Source of the DNA: a bacterium
GTDB lineage: Bacteria > Pseudomonadota > Gammaproteobacteria > GCA-002705445 > GCA-002716945
Length of the DNA: 64,000 nt
Direction of reading: 5' to 3'
Assembly: GCA_029979505.1 (NCBI GenBank)
Contig: JAPOHH010000005.1
Span: forward strand, 4,249-68,248
Numbering within the stretch: the first letter of the stretch is position 1; every line of letters begins with the position of its first letter. This document shows, in pieces, positions 19,496 through 29,635 of the stretch. The notes beneath the pieces were generated by a model. The model saw only the letters and a program-made list of their open reading frames with translations. It ran no database searches and was not told the origin of the DNA. The translations under genes and the position numbers were made by a program.

Positions 19496-19810
19496 TCATC
19501 TTTTTCTATTATTCTTTTCTTCTATTCCTGAAGTTCCAAATCTTTTTTCTAACTCTTCTAATATCGTATCATATTTAATGTCTTGTGAAGCTAATAATAC
19601 TAAAACATGGAATAATAAATCTGCAGCTTCATGTACCATATTTTCTTTATTTTGCGATGAGGATTCTATTAACTCTTGAGATTCTTCAATTATCTTATCA
19701 CAAATATGCTTATTCCCTTTTCTATATAACGTAGCCACATAGGATTTATCTGAATTTGAGATTTTTCTTTCTTCTAAAATTTTTTCTAATCTATAAATAA
19801 TGTCGTTCAT
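19496..19810 (-). CDS. hisE: Phosphoribosyl-ATP diphosphatase
   Basis: SYVATLY.KG, KIIEE, HEAADLLFH, RFGTSGIEEK. Confidence 0.95.
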   Translation of the reverse strand: MNDIIYRLEKILEERKISNSDKSYVATLYRKGNKHICDKIIEESQELIESSSQNKENMVHEAADLLFHVLVLLASQDIKYDTILEELEKRFGTSGIEEKNNRKR

Positions 19811-19828
19811 TTTAAAGTCTTGAGGGAT

Positions 19829-20584
19829 TTATCTTACTAAAATACCTTTTCCTTTCAAGTATTCTTTTGCTTGATTAATTGTAAACTCACCAAAGTGGAA
19901 TATACTTGCAGCTAAGACAGCATCTGCATTGCCTATTTCAATTGCATCATATAGGTGTTCTAGTTTTCCAGCACCTCCAGAAGCAACCACAGGTATATCT
20001 ATAGTACTTGATATATTGTTAAGTATTTCCAAGTCAAATCCATCTTTAGTGCCATCTTTATCCATACTGGTTAATAAGATTTCACCGGCGCCTCTTTTCT
20101 GGCATTCGATACACCAATCATACGCTCTAAGGTTGCTATTTTTTCTGCCTCCATGAGTAAAGACCATATATTCATTATTAATTTTTTTTACATCTACAGC
20201 AATAACTATGCATTGCCTTCCAATCTTTTCGGTCACATCATTAATAATGTTTGGGTTTGATACTGCAGCAGTGTTTATAGTAACCTTATCAGCACCAACA
20301 GAAAGCAGTTCCCTGACATCATCAAAGCTACTCACTCCACCACCAACAGTTAATGGAATAAATACTTCGTTAGCAACTTTTTCAACAACATCTAGTATAG
20401 TATCTCTCCCTTCATGTGAGGCTGTAATATCTAAAAATGTAATTTCGTCAGCACCTTCACTATCATATTTTTTCGCAATTTCAACTGGATCACCTGCATC
20501 AATGATATCTATAAAATTAGTTCCTTTTACTACACGCCCCTTGTCGACATCCAAACAGGGAATGATTCTTTTAGCGACACTCAT
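19829..20584 (-). CDS. hisF: Imidazole glycerol phosphate synthase cyclase subunit
   Basis: [36 protein letters not shown]; start set at MSVAKR. Confidence 0.97.
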   Translation of the reverse strand: MSVAKRIIPCLDVDKGRVVKGTNFIDIIDAGDPVEIAKKYDSEGADEITFLDITASHEGRDTILDVVEKVANEVFIPLTVGGGVSSFDDVRELLSVGADKVTINTAAVSNPNIINDVTEKIGRQCIVIAVDVKKINNEYMVFTHGGRKNSNLRAYDWCIECQKRGAGEILLTSMDKDGTKDGFDLEILNNISSTIDIPVVASGGAGKLEHLYDAIEIGNADAVLAASIFHFGEFTINQAKEYLKGKGILVR

Positions 20585-21296
20585 TGATAACCTCAGTGAG
20601 CGATATGGATTGTTCGTAAAGAGCTTTTCCAATAATCATTCCATCAACTATTGATTTGTTCATACCGAGAATATTCTGTACATCTTCTTTTGTGGTTACG
20701 CCACCAGAAATAATAGCTTTTGTTGTTACTGATTTTAAAACAAATTCTATAGAGTTATTATTTATTCCTTGCATCATTCCATCCTTACTAACATCTGTAA
20801 TAACGAACATTTTAATATTATGTGATTCAAGAAACTTTATAAATGATGCAACATCTTCGCTTTCAGTATTTTCCCAACCGTCTCCAGCTAATGCTCCATC
20901 CTTAATAGCAATATCTATTGCTATATATTTTCTCATATCATTATCAAGCTTATGAATGAACTCTTTGTTTTTGAGTATTTTTGTTCCAAGGATAATTCTA
21001 TTAATCCCATGAGATAAATATTTTTCAATACTGGCTATGTCCCTGATGCCTCCTCCGACTTGTATAAATATTTCAGGAAATAGTCTTCTAATTGCAATAA
21101 TTTTTTCGAAATTTACAGTCTTACCAGTTTTAGCACCATCAAGATCAACAATATGTAAATACTTTGATCCAGCCTCTATCCAGTTTTTAGCAATATCTTC
21201 AAGGTTATCAGAATATACTGTCTTTTGAGAATAATCACCTTTGGTTAGTCTTACACATTTGCCATCTATAATGTCAATTGCAGGATATATAATCAT
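20571..21296 (-). CDS. hisA: ProFAR isomerase
   Basis: [44 protein letters not shown]. Confidence 0.96.
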   Translation of the reverse strand: MIIYPAIDIIDGKCVRLTKGDYSQKTVYSDNLEDIAKNWIEAGSKYLHIVDLDGAKTGKTVNFEKIIAIRRLFPEIFIQVGGGIRDIASIEKYLSHGINRIILGTKILKNKEFIHKLDNDMRKYIAIDIAIKDGALAGDGWENTESEDVASFIKFLESHNIKMFVITDVSKDGMMQGINNNSIEFVLKSVTTKAIISGGVTTKEDVQNILGMNKSIVDGMIIGKALYEQSISLTEVINECR

Positions 21297-21925
21297 TCAA
21301 TACTCTCCGAGTAACTTATAAAGTTAGATAATAATTGCAAGCCATTCGCTGAACTTTTTTCTGGGTGAAACTGGCATGCGAAAATATTATCTTTAATGAC
21401 AGATGATGTAAAGTTTATACCATAGTCTGTTGTAGACAGTTCTCTAGATGAATCATTTGCTTTTGCATAGTAACTATGGACAAAATAGAAAAAAGAATTA
21501 TTAGATATATTGTCCCAGATTGGATGATCCTGTTGTTGATTGACCATATTCCAACCCATATGTGGTACTTTATATTTACTATCAATGTCATTTCTAAAAT
21601 CATTAACAGTGCCATCAATTATAGAAAAACAATTCACTCCTCCATCTTCAAATGATTTGTTGAATAATATTTGAAAGCCCAAGCAAATCCCAAGAAAAGG
21701 TTTGTTAGCAATATGCTTTTCTAAATCAGGAAATTTTGATTTAAGTCTATCCATACATGAATTTACAGCACCTTGTCCAGGTAATATAATTATGGAAGCA
21801 CCCTCTAAATCTTTTGAAGAATTAGCAACAGACAAAGCATATTTTTTGTCTGTAACTTTTTGAAATGATTTAAATACACTATGGAGATTACTCATTCCAT
21901 AATCTATTACAGAAATTTTTTTCAT
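21293..21925 (-). CDS. hisH: Imidazole glycerol phosphate synthase amidotransferase subunit
   Basis: IDYGMSNL.SV, LPGQG, GICLGFQ, PHMGWN, YFVHSY, QFHPEKS. Confidence 0.96.
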   Translation of the reverse strand: MKKISVIDYGMSNLHSVFKSFQKVTDKKYALSVANSSKDLEGASIIILPGQGAVNSCMDRLKSKFPDLEKHIANKPFLGICLGFQILFNKSFEDGGVNCFSIIDGTVNDFRNDIDSKYKVPHMGWNMVNQQQDHPIWDNISNNSFFYFVHSYYAKANDSSRELSTTDYGINFTSSVIKDNIFACQFHPEKSSANGLQLLSNFISYSESIE

Positions 21926-22518
21926 TAAAGAAATTCTTTAGTAGATGGTATTTTATCTATATTTTTTTCATCGATTGAAATTGCCATCTTGATTGCTTTA
22001 CCAAACGATTTAAAAATTGTCTCTGCTATATGATGGGCGTTTTTCCCTCTGATATTATCTATGTGAATTGTAGCTTTTGCATGGTTACTAAACCCCTGAA
22101 AGAATTCACCAAGGAGTTCGATATCAAATTCACCTACCCTTGCTCTTGGATATGTAACATTATATGTAAGTCCTGGTCTACCTGAAAAATCTATTACAAC
22201 TCTAGACAATGCCTCATCTAGAGGAACATACGCATATCCAAACCTTTGGATACCTTTTTTATCACCAAGCGCTTTATCAAATGCCGCTCCTAATGTAATA
22301 CCAATATCTTCAACGGTATGATGTGCATCAATTTCAAGATCGCCATCAGCCTTTAAATCAAGATCGATAGATGAATATCTAGTAGTTTGATCAAGCATAT
22401 GTTCTAAAAAGGGTAAGTTTGCATTCAGACTACTTATACCCTTGCCGTCCAAGTTCAATGATAGCGTTATATCTGTTTCCTTAGTTTTTCTTGTTTCTTT
22501 AATGCTTCTCATTGCCAT
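21925..22518 (-). CDS. hisB: Imidazoleglycerol-phosphate dehydratase (monofunctional)
   Basis: [37 protein letters not shown]. Confidence 0.97.
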   Translation of the reverse strand: MAMRSIKETRKTKETDITLSLNLDGKGISSLNANLPFLEHMLDQTTRYSSIDLDLKADGDLEIDAHHTVEDIGITLGAAFDKALGDKKGIQRFGYAYVPLDEALSRVVIDFSGRPGLTYNVTYPRARVGEFDIELLGEFFQGFSNHAKATIHIDNIRGKNAHHIAETIFKSFGKAIKMAISIDEKNIDKIPSTKEFL

Positions 22519-22529
22519 ATATTAATATA

Positions 22530-23312
22530 TTATTGAGAAGTTAGCCATTTCTTTACAGCGGCTATCAATTCTGAGCTATTATCCTCATGATAATGATTTG
22601 ATGACTTAATCTGAATTTGTCTAGACTTACTGTTCATCCTTTTGATTTGCCTCTTCCTTTCATTAGCATTACTGATTACATAATTAAAATCGTATTCTCC
22701 ATATATGTCTAGCATAGGCACTGTAATTTTTGAGTACGGATATTGATAAATTAATTTTTGGTCTTTGTCTACAGCACCACTTCCTATCAGTACTATTGAA
22801 CTGATTTTTTCAGATAATTTTTCATTATGAACAAAAGACATTAGCATATGAACACCGCAGCTATGAGCAACTATTATTAGTTGTTCATTCTTGCTTAATA
22901 TATGCTTAATAGCAGCTTTTATTCGTTCATCAGAATCATAAAAAATATTTGTGTAATCATAATACGTAGATAATTTCTTTAATACAGGCAGTTGTATACT
23001 GTAAGTATTATATTTATTACTAAACTCAGTTCTTATTGGGAATGCTAAGTTTTGCTCGTTTGGATGTAATCCACGCCCATGTAGATACAGTATTGCACTT
23101 TTTTTATTTCTATCGAATATTTCAACTATAGAGAATTTTCCATACTTATAATCAACATAAAAATGATTACCATCAAATATTTCCTCTAGATTTTGCTGAT
23201 AAATTATTGCTTCTCTTTCTAGATCTGGACTTTTTTTAGTACTGCTACAACCTATGATAATGACCATAGAAAATGCGAATGTTATTAAGTATCTACTTAA
23301 TATCATTTTCAA
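22530..23312 (-). CDS. Alpha/beta hydrolase-fold lipoprotein (DUF3530-like)
   Basis: Lipobox IIIG/C; LYLHGRGLHP, SIQLP, nucleophile elbow AHSCG, LDIYG, NHY. Confidence 0.7.
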   Translation of the reverse strand: MKMILSRYLITFAFSMVIIIGCSSTKKSPDLEREAIIYQQNLEEIFDGNHFYVDYKYGKFSIVEIFDRNKKSAILYLHGRGLHPNEQNLAFPIRTEFSNKYNTYSIQLPVLKKLSTYYDYTNIFYDSDERIKAAIKHILSKNEQLIIVAHSCGVHMLMSFVHNEKLSEKISSIVLIGSGAVDKDQKLIYQYPYSKITVPMLDIYGEYDFNYVISNANERKRQIKRMNSKSRQIQIKSSNHYHEDNSSELIAAVKKWLTSQ

Positions 23313-24225
23313 AGATGTTGAGTATTTCTTTGCTTATTGTAGGTTCCAACAATGAATGACCAGAATCTTTAGCAACTATAAGTTCTGCTTTATCATATAC
23401 CTTATCTAAATCATAGGCCTGACGCATGGGGCAAACTATATCATATTGTCCATGTACGATTTTACACGGAATGTCTCTAATTTTATCTATGTCTTCTATT
23501 ATTTGATTCTCTTTAATAAAGCAGTTATTAATGAAAAAATGTGACTCAATTCTTGCCAAAGATACCGCACATCCATCAAAAGAATTTATTACTTCAGACG
23601 ATGGAACTAGACATGATGATTTTCCTTCCCAAAGTGCCCATTCTTTGCATGCTGTATTTGAAGTAGATTCATCATCAGAAAAAATCATTTCATGATATGC
23701 AGATAAAATATCTTTTCTTTTAGTTTTATCCACAATAGAAATATAACTCTCCCAATACTTTGGATATAACTCAGACGCTCCATTTTGATAAAACCAATTT
23801 ATATCTTTTTTGCGGCACAGAAATATACCTCTTAGTATTAAAGAAATAACTTTTTCGGGATATGCCTCAGCATATAATAATGCTAGTGTAGAGCCCCATG
23901 ATCCGCCATAAATATGTGTCTTTCTGATATTAAAATGCTGTAATATTAGATTTATATCCTCAATAAGATTCTGAGTCGTATTTTCTGCAACTTCACCATA
24001 CGGCGTTGATTTACCGCATCCCCTCTGGTCAAACATTATTAAGTGATATTTGTCGGGGTTAAAATACTGCTGAAAGATAGGCGATGTTCCTGCTCCAGGA
24101 CCCCCATGTAAAAATAAAACAGGGATTCCGTTTTTGTTGCCATACTCATTAACATAAATAGTATGGATATCACTCACCTTCAACATATACTCACTAATGG
24201 GATTTTCTATAGCGTAGAATTTCAT
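23293..24225 (-). CDS. pip: Prolyl aminopeptidase (proline iminopeptidase)
   Basis: FLHGGPG, FDQRGCGKS, GGSWGSTL, LRGIF, GQYDIVCP, SGHS; start set at MKFYAI. Confidence 0.95.
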   Translation of the reverse strand: MKFYAIENPISEYMLKVSDIHTIYVNEYGNKNGIPVLFLHGGPGAGTSPIFQQYFNPDKYHLIMFDQRGCGKSTPYGEVAENTTQNLIEDINLILQHFNIRKTHIYGGSWGSTLALLYAEAYPEKVISLILRGIFLCRKKDINWFYQNGASELYPKYWESYISIVDKTKRKDILSAYHEMIFSDDESTSNTACKEWALWEGKSSCLVPSSEVINSFDGCAVSLARIESHFFINNCFIKENQIIEDIDKIRDIPCKIVHGQYDIVCPMRQAYDLDKVYDKAELIVAKDSGHSLLEPTISKEILNIFENDIK

Positions 24226-24226
24226 A

Positions 24227-25207
24227 TTACTTTTCCTTATAAATATCGCTTCCATCTGGTCTATGTTTATAGATTCTAAGAGTCCACATGTATTGCGTTA
24301 TGTCTATTCCTATCTGTTTTTCAAGAATAGAATTTACTTTAGCACAATCAATGTTTATATCAGTGGATGGAAAGTCTTTAATTTCAGAAAATACTTTAAA
24401 AAAATATCTATGAGAATTCATATTGTATGTACATATACAAGGTAGGACTTTAGACTTTGTGATTTTAGCAAGTTTACTGACTGATTTCAGAGAGGCTTTT
24501 TTAGTATCAAAAAATTTACTAAATACAGAATCCTCTGCACTTATGTCCTCATCTGCTAATAAGTAAAGGACGCTCGGCTGATTCATATTCCTAATAATTG
24601 ATTTCATACTTTGCATATTTCTTGGGTATATAATAGCCTTGTCAGATTCTTTACAACATCTAGCTCTACCGACAAACCAATTGATTAATTTATTCTTGAA
24701 TGGCTTATACATACTTAGAACATCATATCCAGATATTGCCCTGCCGCCAAATTCCAATGAAAGCGAGTGAGGAGCTAGTAAAATTACACTTTGATTATTC
24801 TGTAATACTTCATCAACTAATTTCATACCTTCTTTGTCTATAATTTTTTGAAGTGAGGCATCGGATTTCCACCACAGTAGTGGCAGATTGAGATACATAC
24901 AGCCAAGATTTTTAAAATATGACTCACATATATTATTTACTTCACTTTCTCTAATATTTTTAAATGTTTCTCTAAGATTTTTTTTTATAATCTCTTTTTT
25001 ATTTTTTTCATACCTATTCATCAGCATACCAATTAGAGAACCCATGAAATCCCTGAGAGAAGCTGGTAAGTAGGCAATTGGATATGAAATTAGAAGAAAA
25101 ATCCAAGTTAACCAATATTTGGGGGCAATGTATTCAAAAGAAAATCTTTCGCCTTTTATGTACTTATCACCAAAAGGATTTTTAATTGATATAAATGGTT
25201 TACTCAT
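24227..25207 (-). CDS. lpxL: Lipid A biosynthesis lauroyl/myristoyl acyltransferase
   Basis: PKYWLTW, NL...F, PHxxxxE acyltransferase motif, YLLADED, QYMW..R.YK.RP. Confidence 0.85.
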   Translation of the reverse strand: MSKPFISIKNPFGDKYIKGERFSFEYIAPKYWLTWIFLLISYPIAYLPASLRDFMGSLIGMLMNRYEKNKKEIIKKNLRETFKNIRESEVNNICESYFKNLGCMYLNLPLLWWKSDASLQKIIDKEGMKLVDEVLQNNQSVILLAPHSLSLEFGGRAISGYDVLSMYKPFKNKLINWFVGRARCCKESDKAIIYPRNMQSMKSIIRNMNQPSVLYLLADEDISAEDSVFSKFFDTKKASLKSVSKLAKITKSKVLPCICTYNMNSHRYFFKVFSEIKDFPSTDINIDCAKVNSILEKQIGIDITQYMWTLRIYKHRPDGSDIYKEK

Positions 25208-25210
25208 CTT

Positions 25211-26650
25211 TTAATATTTCCAAAAATATTTTGTTATTAATATCACAAAAGTATATATCTCTAACCTGCCCACAATCATCATCAACGATAACACTGCTTT
25301 TGAAAAGTCATTTAGTGCAGAGTAGTTTCCATATGCATCACCTAATGCCGGACCAAGATTGTTTATACATGCGGCAGTTGCAGATAATGATGTTAAGAGA
25401 TCGTGACCAGACATCATAATGAGCAAAGCTGAAATCAAAAACAAGATAATATATAAGATTATAAATGATAATATTGTCTCAATTGTTATGTCTTCAACCT
25501 TTTTATTATTTACTTTGATGGATATTTGAGCCTTTGGGTGAATAACTTTCAATAGTTGTTTTTTAATAGATTTAAGTGCTATTGTAATTCTAATGACTTT
25601 AATTCCACCTCCTGCAGAACCTGAACAAGCGCCAATAAAACTAGATAAAAAGATTAGGGTGATAACAAAAGCAGGCCATGATCCATAGTCTGAGACAGTA
25701 AATCCAGAAGTTGTAACAAAAGATAGAATATGGAATATCAAGTCAATATTATCAATCTTTGATAATTGTCCACCAAATGAGAAAACTGAAATAAATATAA
25801 CTAATGAAATAATGATAGTTACAAATGATTTAGTTTCTGAATTTGTGAAATAATTGTGAAAAGATTTAGTTTTGTAAAATAAAAAGTGAAGGACAAAGTT
25901 CAGGGCAGAGAGAAACATAAATAATATACATATTACTTTAATATAGCTATTTGAATAAAATCCTATACTTTCAGTATGAGTTGAAAATCCTCCTATGGAT
26001 ACTGTTGAGAAGCTGTGTCCAATTGCATCGAAAAGGTTCATGCCGGCTAAATAATAAAAAGCTGCGCATGTGAGTGTTAAAATCATGTAGACACCCCATA
26101 AGCTTTTTGCTGTTTCAGTAATTCGTGGAGATAATTTATTATCTTTTATGGGTGATGAGGTTTCAGCTTTATACAAATACATACCGCCAACACCTAATAT
26201 TGGTAGGATTGCTAAAACTAAAACAACAATACCTATACCTCCTAACCACTGTAATAATTGTCTGTATAAGAGTAATGGACGACTGAGAGATTCAATGCTG
26301 GTCATTATAGTAGCACCAGTAGTAGTCCAGCCGGATGTAGACTCAAAAATTGCATCTATGACAGATATATTAAGTTGTGAATCAAATAGAAATGGAATAG
26401 ATCCGAATATACTTAGCACAAACCAAAAAATAGTAACAATCAAAAAGCCTTCTTTAATCTTAATTTGTGATTTTTCTCTTTTATTTGGAAGGTAAGTTAA
26501 TAAGCCAGCGAAAAATATAATTAGGAATGATTTAACAAAGTTATCAATATTATCACCATAATACACGGCTACAGATAGAGGTATTAATAAAAAGAAACTA
26601 AATATTAGAAGAATAATTCCTGTAATTTTAAGAATTTGATAATAGTTCAT
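25211..26650 (-). CDS. trkH: Trk potassium uptake permease
   Basis: FESTSGWTTTGAT, QWLGGIGIVV, SIGGFS, GSAGGGIK, NNLGP, GRLEI. Confidence 0.96.
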   Translation of the reverse strand: MNYYQILKITGIILLIFSFFLLIPLSVAVYYGDNIDNFVKSFLIIFFAGLLTYLPNKREKSQIKIKEGFLIVTIFWFVLSIFGSIPFLFDSQLNISVIDAIFESTSGWTTTGATIMTSIESLSRPLLLYRQLLQWLGGIGIVVLVLAILPILGVGGMYLYKAETSSPIKDNKLSPRITETAKSLWGVYMILTLTCAAFYYLAGMNLFDAIGHSFSTVSIGGFSTHTESIGFYSNSYIKVICILFMFLSALNFVLHFLFYKTKSFHNYFTNSETKSFVTIIISLVIFISVFSFGGQLSKIDNIDLIFHILSFVTTSGFTVSDYGSWPAFVITLIFLSSFIGACSGSAGGGIKVIRITIALKSIKKQLLKVIHPKAQISIKVNNKKVEDITIETILSFIILYIILFLISALLIMMSGHDLLTSLSATAACINNLGPALGDAYGNYSALNDFSKAVLSLMMIVGRLEIYTFVILITKYFWKY

Positions 26651-28021
26651 CTAGAAGAAGCCAATGCTAACCTGAAAAAGCTTTGCTAACTTAGAAAAAT
26701 CTTTTTTATGTAGCAAGTAAATGATTAGTCGATCGTTACTCAAAATAATTGAATCATCGTGAATTAACATTACTTTTCCATCTCTATATATTGCTCCTAT
26801 CTTACATCCAGAGGGAAGATCTAGTTCAGAAACGTTTCTTTCTACAACTTTAGAGGTTTTCTTATCACCATGAATTAGAATTTCAAATATCTCAGCCTCT
26901 CCAAATCCCAAAGAGTGTACTTTGACAACATCACTTGTTCGAACAGATGTGAGTAGCGAACCAATTGTTACATCCTCTGGTGAGACAACAATGTCGATTT
27001 CCTTTGAAACTAACTTTCTATATGAAAGTTTATTTATTATCGCAATGGATTTATTTGCCCCTAAATCTTTTGCTAACTTTGCTGATAGTATATTCATTTG
27101 ATCATCATTTGTAACACTACAAAAAAAATCAACATTCTCAATGCCTTCATTTTCTAGCAAAGATTCATCAGAGACATCATCGTTTAATACTACAGTCTCC
27201 TCTAAAGATTCTGACAAAAATTTTGATCTAATAAAGTTTTTTTCTACAATTTTTGTAGAGAATTTTTTTGATAACTCATGTGCTAATGTCATTCCAACAT
27301 TACCGCCACCAGCAATCATGATATTTTCTATACGAGATTGATTTTTACTTAATTCACTTATAAATCTCATATTTTCAGGAGTTGCTAAGAAAAAAACATC
27401 ATCTCCAATTTCTATAATGGTTGATCCGTTTACAGGGATTGTTTTACGATCACGATAAAGCGCTACAACTTTAACATCTACATTAGGAAGATGTTTTTTA
27501 AATTCTGATAATTTTTGTCCAGCTAATGGTCCATCTTTTAGGACAGTGGCACCTATGACTTGTAATTTTCCATCAGCAAAATCGAATGCCTGAAATGCTC
27601 CAGGATGTTCAATAATATTTTTTATAAAATCAGTTACTAACTTACTTGGACTTATTATCGAATCAATAGAGAATAAATCTAAATCAAAACCTGATGTGCT
27701 TACTTGATATTCTGAGTTACGTAATCTTGCTATTACAGTTGGAACATTGAACATATTTTTTGCTAGGTGACAAGACACTAGATTGACTTCATCGCTACCT
27801 GTAATAGCAATTAATATATCACAGTCATTTACTTCAGCTTGTTCAAGAATAGATGGTGATGATGCATTCCCATGGATTGTTTTAATATCATTATCCTCTT
27901 GAAGATCCTCTAATACTGATGAGTCAATATCCACAAGGGTTATATCATTTCCATCATCGGTAAGAATCTTTGCTAGCGATGAACCTACCTGTCCTCCACC
28001 TAATACTGCTATCTTTTTCAT
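26651..28021 (-). CDS. trkA: Trk potassium uptake NAD-binding subunit
   Basis: Two RCK domains (GGGQVG and AGGGNVG); start set at MKKIAV. Confidence 0.96.
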   Translation of the reverse strand: MKKIAVLGGGQVGSSLAKILTDDGNDITLVDIDSSVLEDLQEDNDIKTIHGNASSPSILEQAEVNDCDILIAITGSDEVNLVSCHLAKNMFNVPTVIARLRNSEYQVSTSGFDLDLFSIDSIISPSKLVTDFIKNIIEHPGAFQAFDFADGKLQVIGATVLKDGPLAGQKLSEFKKHLPNVDVKVVALYRDRKTIPVNGSTIIEIGDDVFFLATPENMRFISELSKNQSRIENIMIAGGGNVGMTLAHELSKKFSTKIVEKNFIRSKFLSESLEETVVLNDDVSDESLLENEGIENVDFFCSVTNDDQMNILSAKLAKDLGANKSIAIINKLSYRKLVSKEIDIVVSPEDVTIGSLLTSVRTSDVVKVHSLGFGEAEIFEILIHGDKKTSKVVERNVSELDLPSGCKIGAIYRDGKVMLIHDDSIILSNDRLIIYLLHKKDFSKLAKLFQVSIGFF

Positions 28022-28077
28022 TGGTATGTCTTGGTGCAATTCTACATCATAAAATATTTAAATTATAATGTTTTATA

Positions 28078-29022
28078 TTAAATGTTTAGCTTTGCATTAA
28101 TAATCTTTTCCTTAAGTTTTGCATGAGAATTAAACAAATCTCTAGAAGAAATAGCCTGTTTACCCTCAAGCTGTAGAATCTCTATCGATAAAAATCCTTC
28201 TGATGCCGCTATCACTAATTCGTTTTTATCAAATTTGATAACTTGGCCAGGAATAAATTTATGATCAGCAATTGTACATTTTGCCCTTAAGATTTTTATT
28301 TGCTCCTCATAAAGATCTATGCGAGCTATTGGCCATATATTTAATGCTCGTATTTTGTTGTACATAGATCTCACTGACATTCCCCAGTGCAAGATACCAT
28401 CTTCTTTTGAGATTTTTCTTGCATAATTTATTTTTTGTAACGGAGGACTTCCAATAAAATTTTTTTTACACATCAATTCAATTGCCTCTTGGCAATTTTT
28501 TACTGCAATACTTGTTAAGCTGTCTTGTACACTCATACAGTCATCTAGTTCTTTAATAGTATATTCTTCTGTTAAAATAATTTTACCATCATCAAGCTTT
28601 TCATTTATTTCAAAAAATGTGATGCCAGTTACTTGTTCATTATTCATGATTGCATGTTGGACAGGTGCAGCACCGCGATAATTTGGCAACAGAGAACAAT
28701 GTAGATTCATAATTCCTGTTTTAAACTTTTTAATAATTTCTTTTGGAATTATTTTTCCATAGGCATATATAAAGCCTAGATCTACATTCTTAATTACTGA
28801 ATCAGAAAAAATATTCTCATCAAGTGTTGATGGAGTAATGCATTGAATATTATTTTTCTTACAATATTCATATATAGGTGTATTAACCAACTTTCCTCTT
28901 CTATTTTTTTTTGCCCCTTGCGTTACTACCAATGAAACAACATGCCCCAATGAAATAATTTTTTCTAATAATGGTATAGAATAATACGGACTACCAAAGA
29001 ATATAATTTCAAGTTTAGTCAC
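28078..29022 (-). CDS. fmt: Methionyl-tRNA formyltransferase
   Basis: IFFGSP, AYGKII, NLHCSLLP.YRGAAP, LDDG, YARKISK; downstream of def. Confidence 0.95.
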   Translation of the reverse strand: MTKLEIIFFGSPYYSIPLLEKIISLGHVVSLVVTQGAKKNRRGKLVNTPIYEYCKKNNIQCITPSTLDENIFSDSVIKNVDLGFIYAYGKIIPKEIIKKFKTGIMNLHCSLLPNYRGAAPVQHAIMNNEQVTGITFFEINEKLDDGKIILTEEYTIKELDDCMSVQDSLTSIAVKNCQEAIELMCKKNFIGSPPLQKINYARKISKEDGILHWGMSVRSMYNKIRALNIWPIARIDLYEEQIKILRAKCTIADHKFIPGQVIKFDKNELVIAASEGFLSIEILQLEGKQAISSRDLFNSHAKLKEKIINAKLNI

Positions 29023-29555
29023 TTTATATATGGATTGACTGTTCTTTTAATTTGTGTGGAATGTTGTTTTTGTTTCACAAGACCTTTTTCAATCTTAGAT
29101 TTTTTCATATCAGATAAATAATCTACAAATAGTTTTCCATCCAAATGATCAATTTCATGTTGTATACATACAGCTAACAACTCAGATGCCTCGTCTTCAA
29201 ATTCTTTACCATTAACATCCTGGGCTTGATATCTAATATAATTGTACCTCTCTACCTTTTCATAAAAACCAGGGACTGATAAACATCCTTCATCAAACAG
29301 TATTGGGTCTTTTTTCTCAATAATTATTGGATTAATGAGTACCATTTGGTTGTCTTGTTCTTTTGAGACATCAATCGTTATAACCCTTGTAGCAACATTT
29401 ATCTGTATCGCAGATAACCCAATGCCTTTTTCGAAATACATAGTCTCAAACATGTCAGAAACAAGTGTTTTCAAATCATCATTAAACAAATCATGATTAG
29501 GGCACTTTTGTCTCAATCTATTATCAGGATAATGTAAAATTGTTCTTAATGTCAT
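29019..29555 (-). CDS. def: Peptide deformylase
   Basis: GIGLSAIQ, EGCLSVPG, QHEIDHLDG. Confidence 0.97.
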   Translation of the reverse strand: MTLRTILHYPDNRLRQKCPNHDLFNDDLKTLVSDMFETMYFEKGIGLSAIQINVATRVITIDVSKEQDNQMVLINPIIIEKKDPILFDEGCLSVPGFYEKVERYNYIRYQAQDVNGKEFEDEASELLAVCIQHEIDHLDGKLFVDYLSDMKKSKIEKGLVKQKQHSTQIKRTVNPYIK

Positions 29556-29635
29556 TTTTTTAATCTAATATCTTGTACTTATTGTTATTTTGATAGTATA
29601 AAGTAAAAAAAAGAATAATTAAGCCTAGGATAGCT

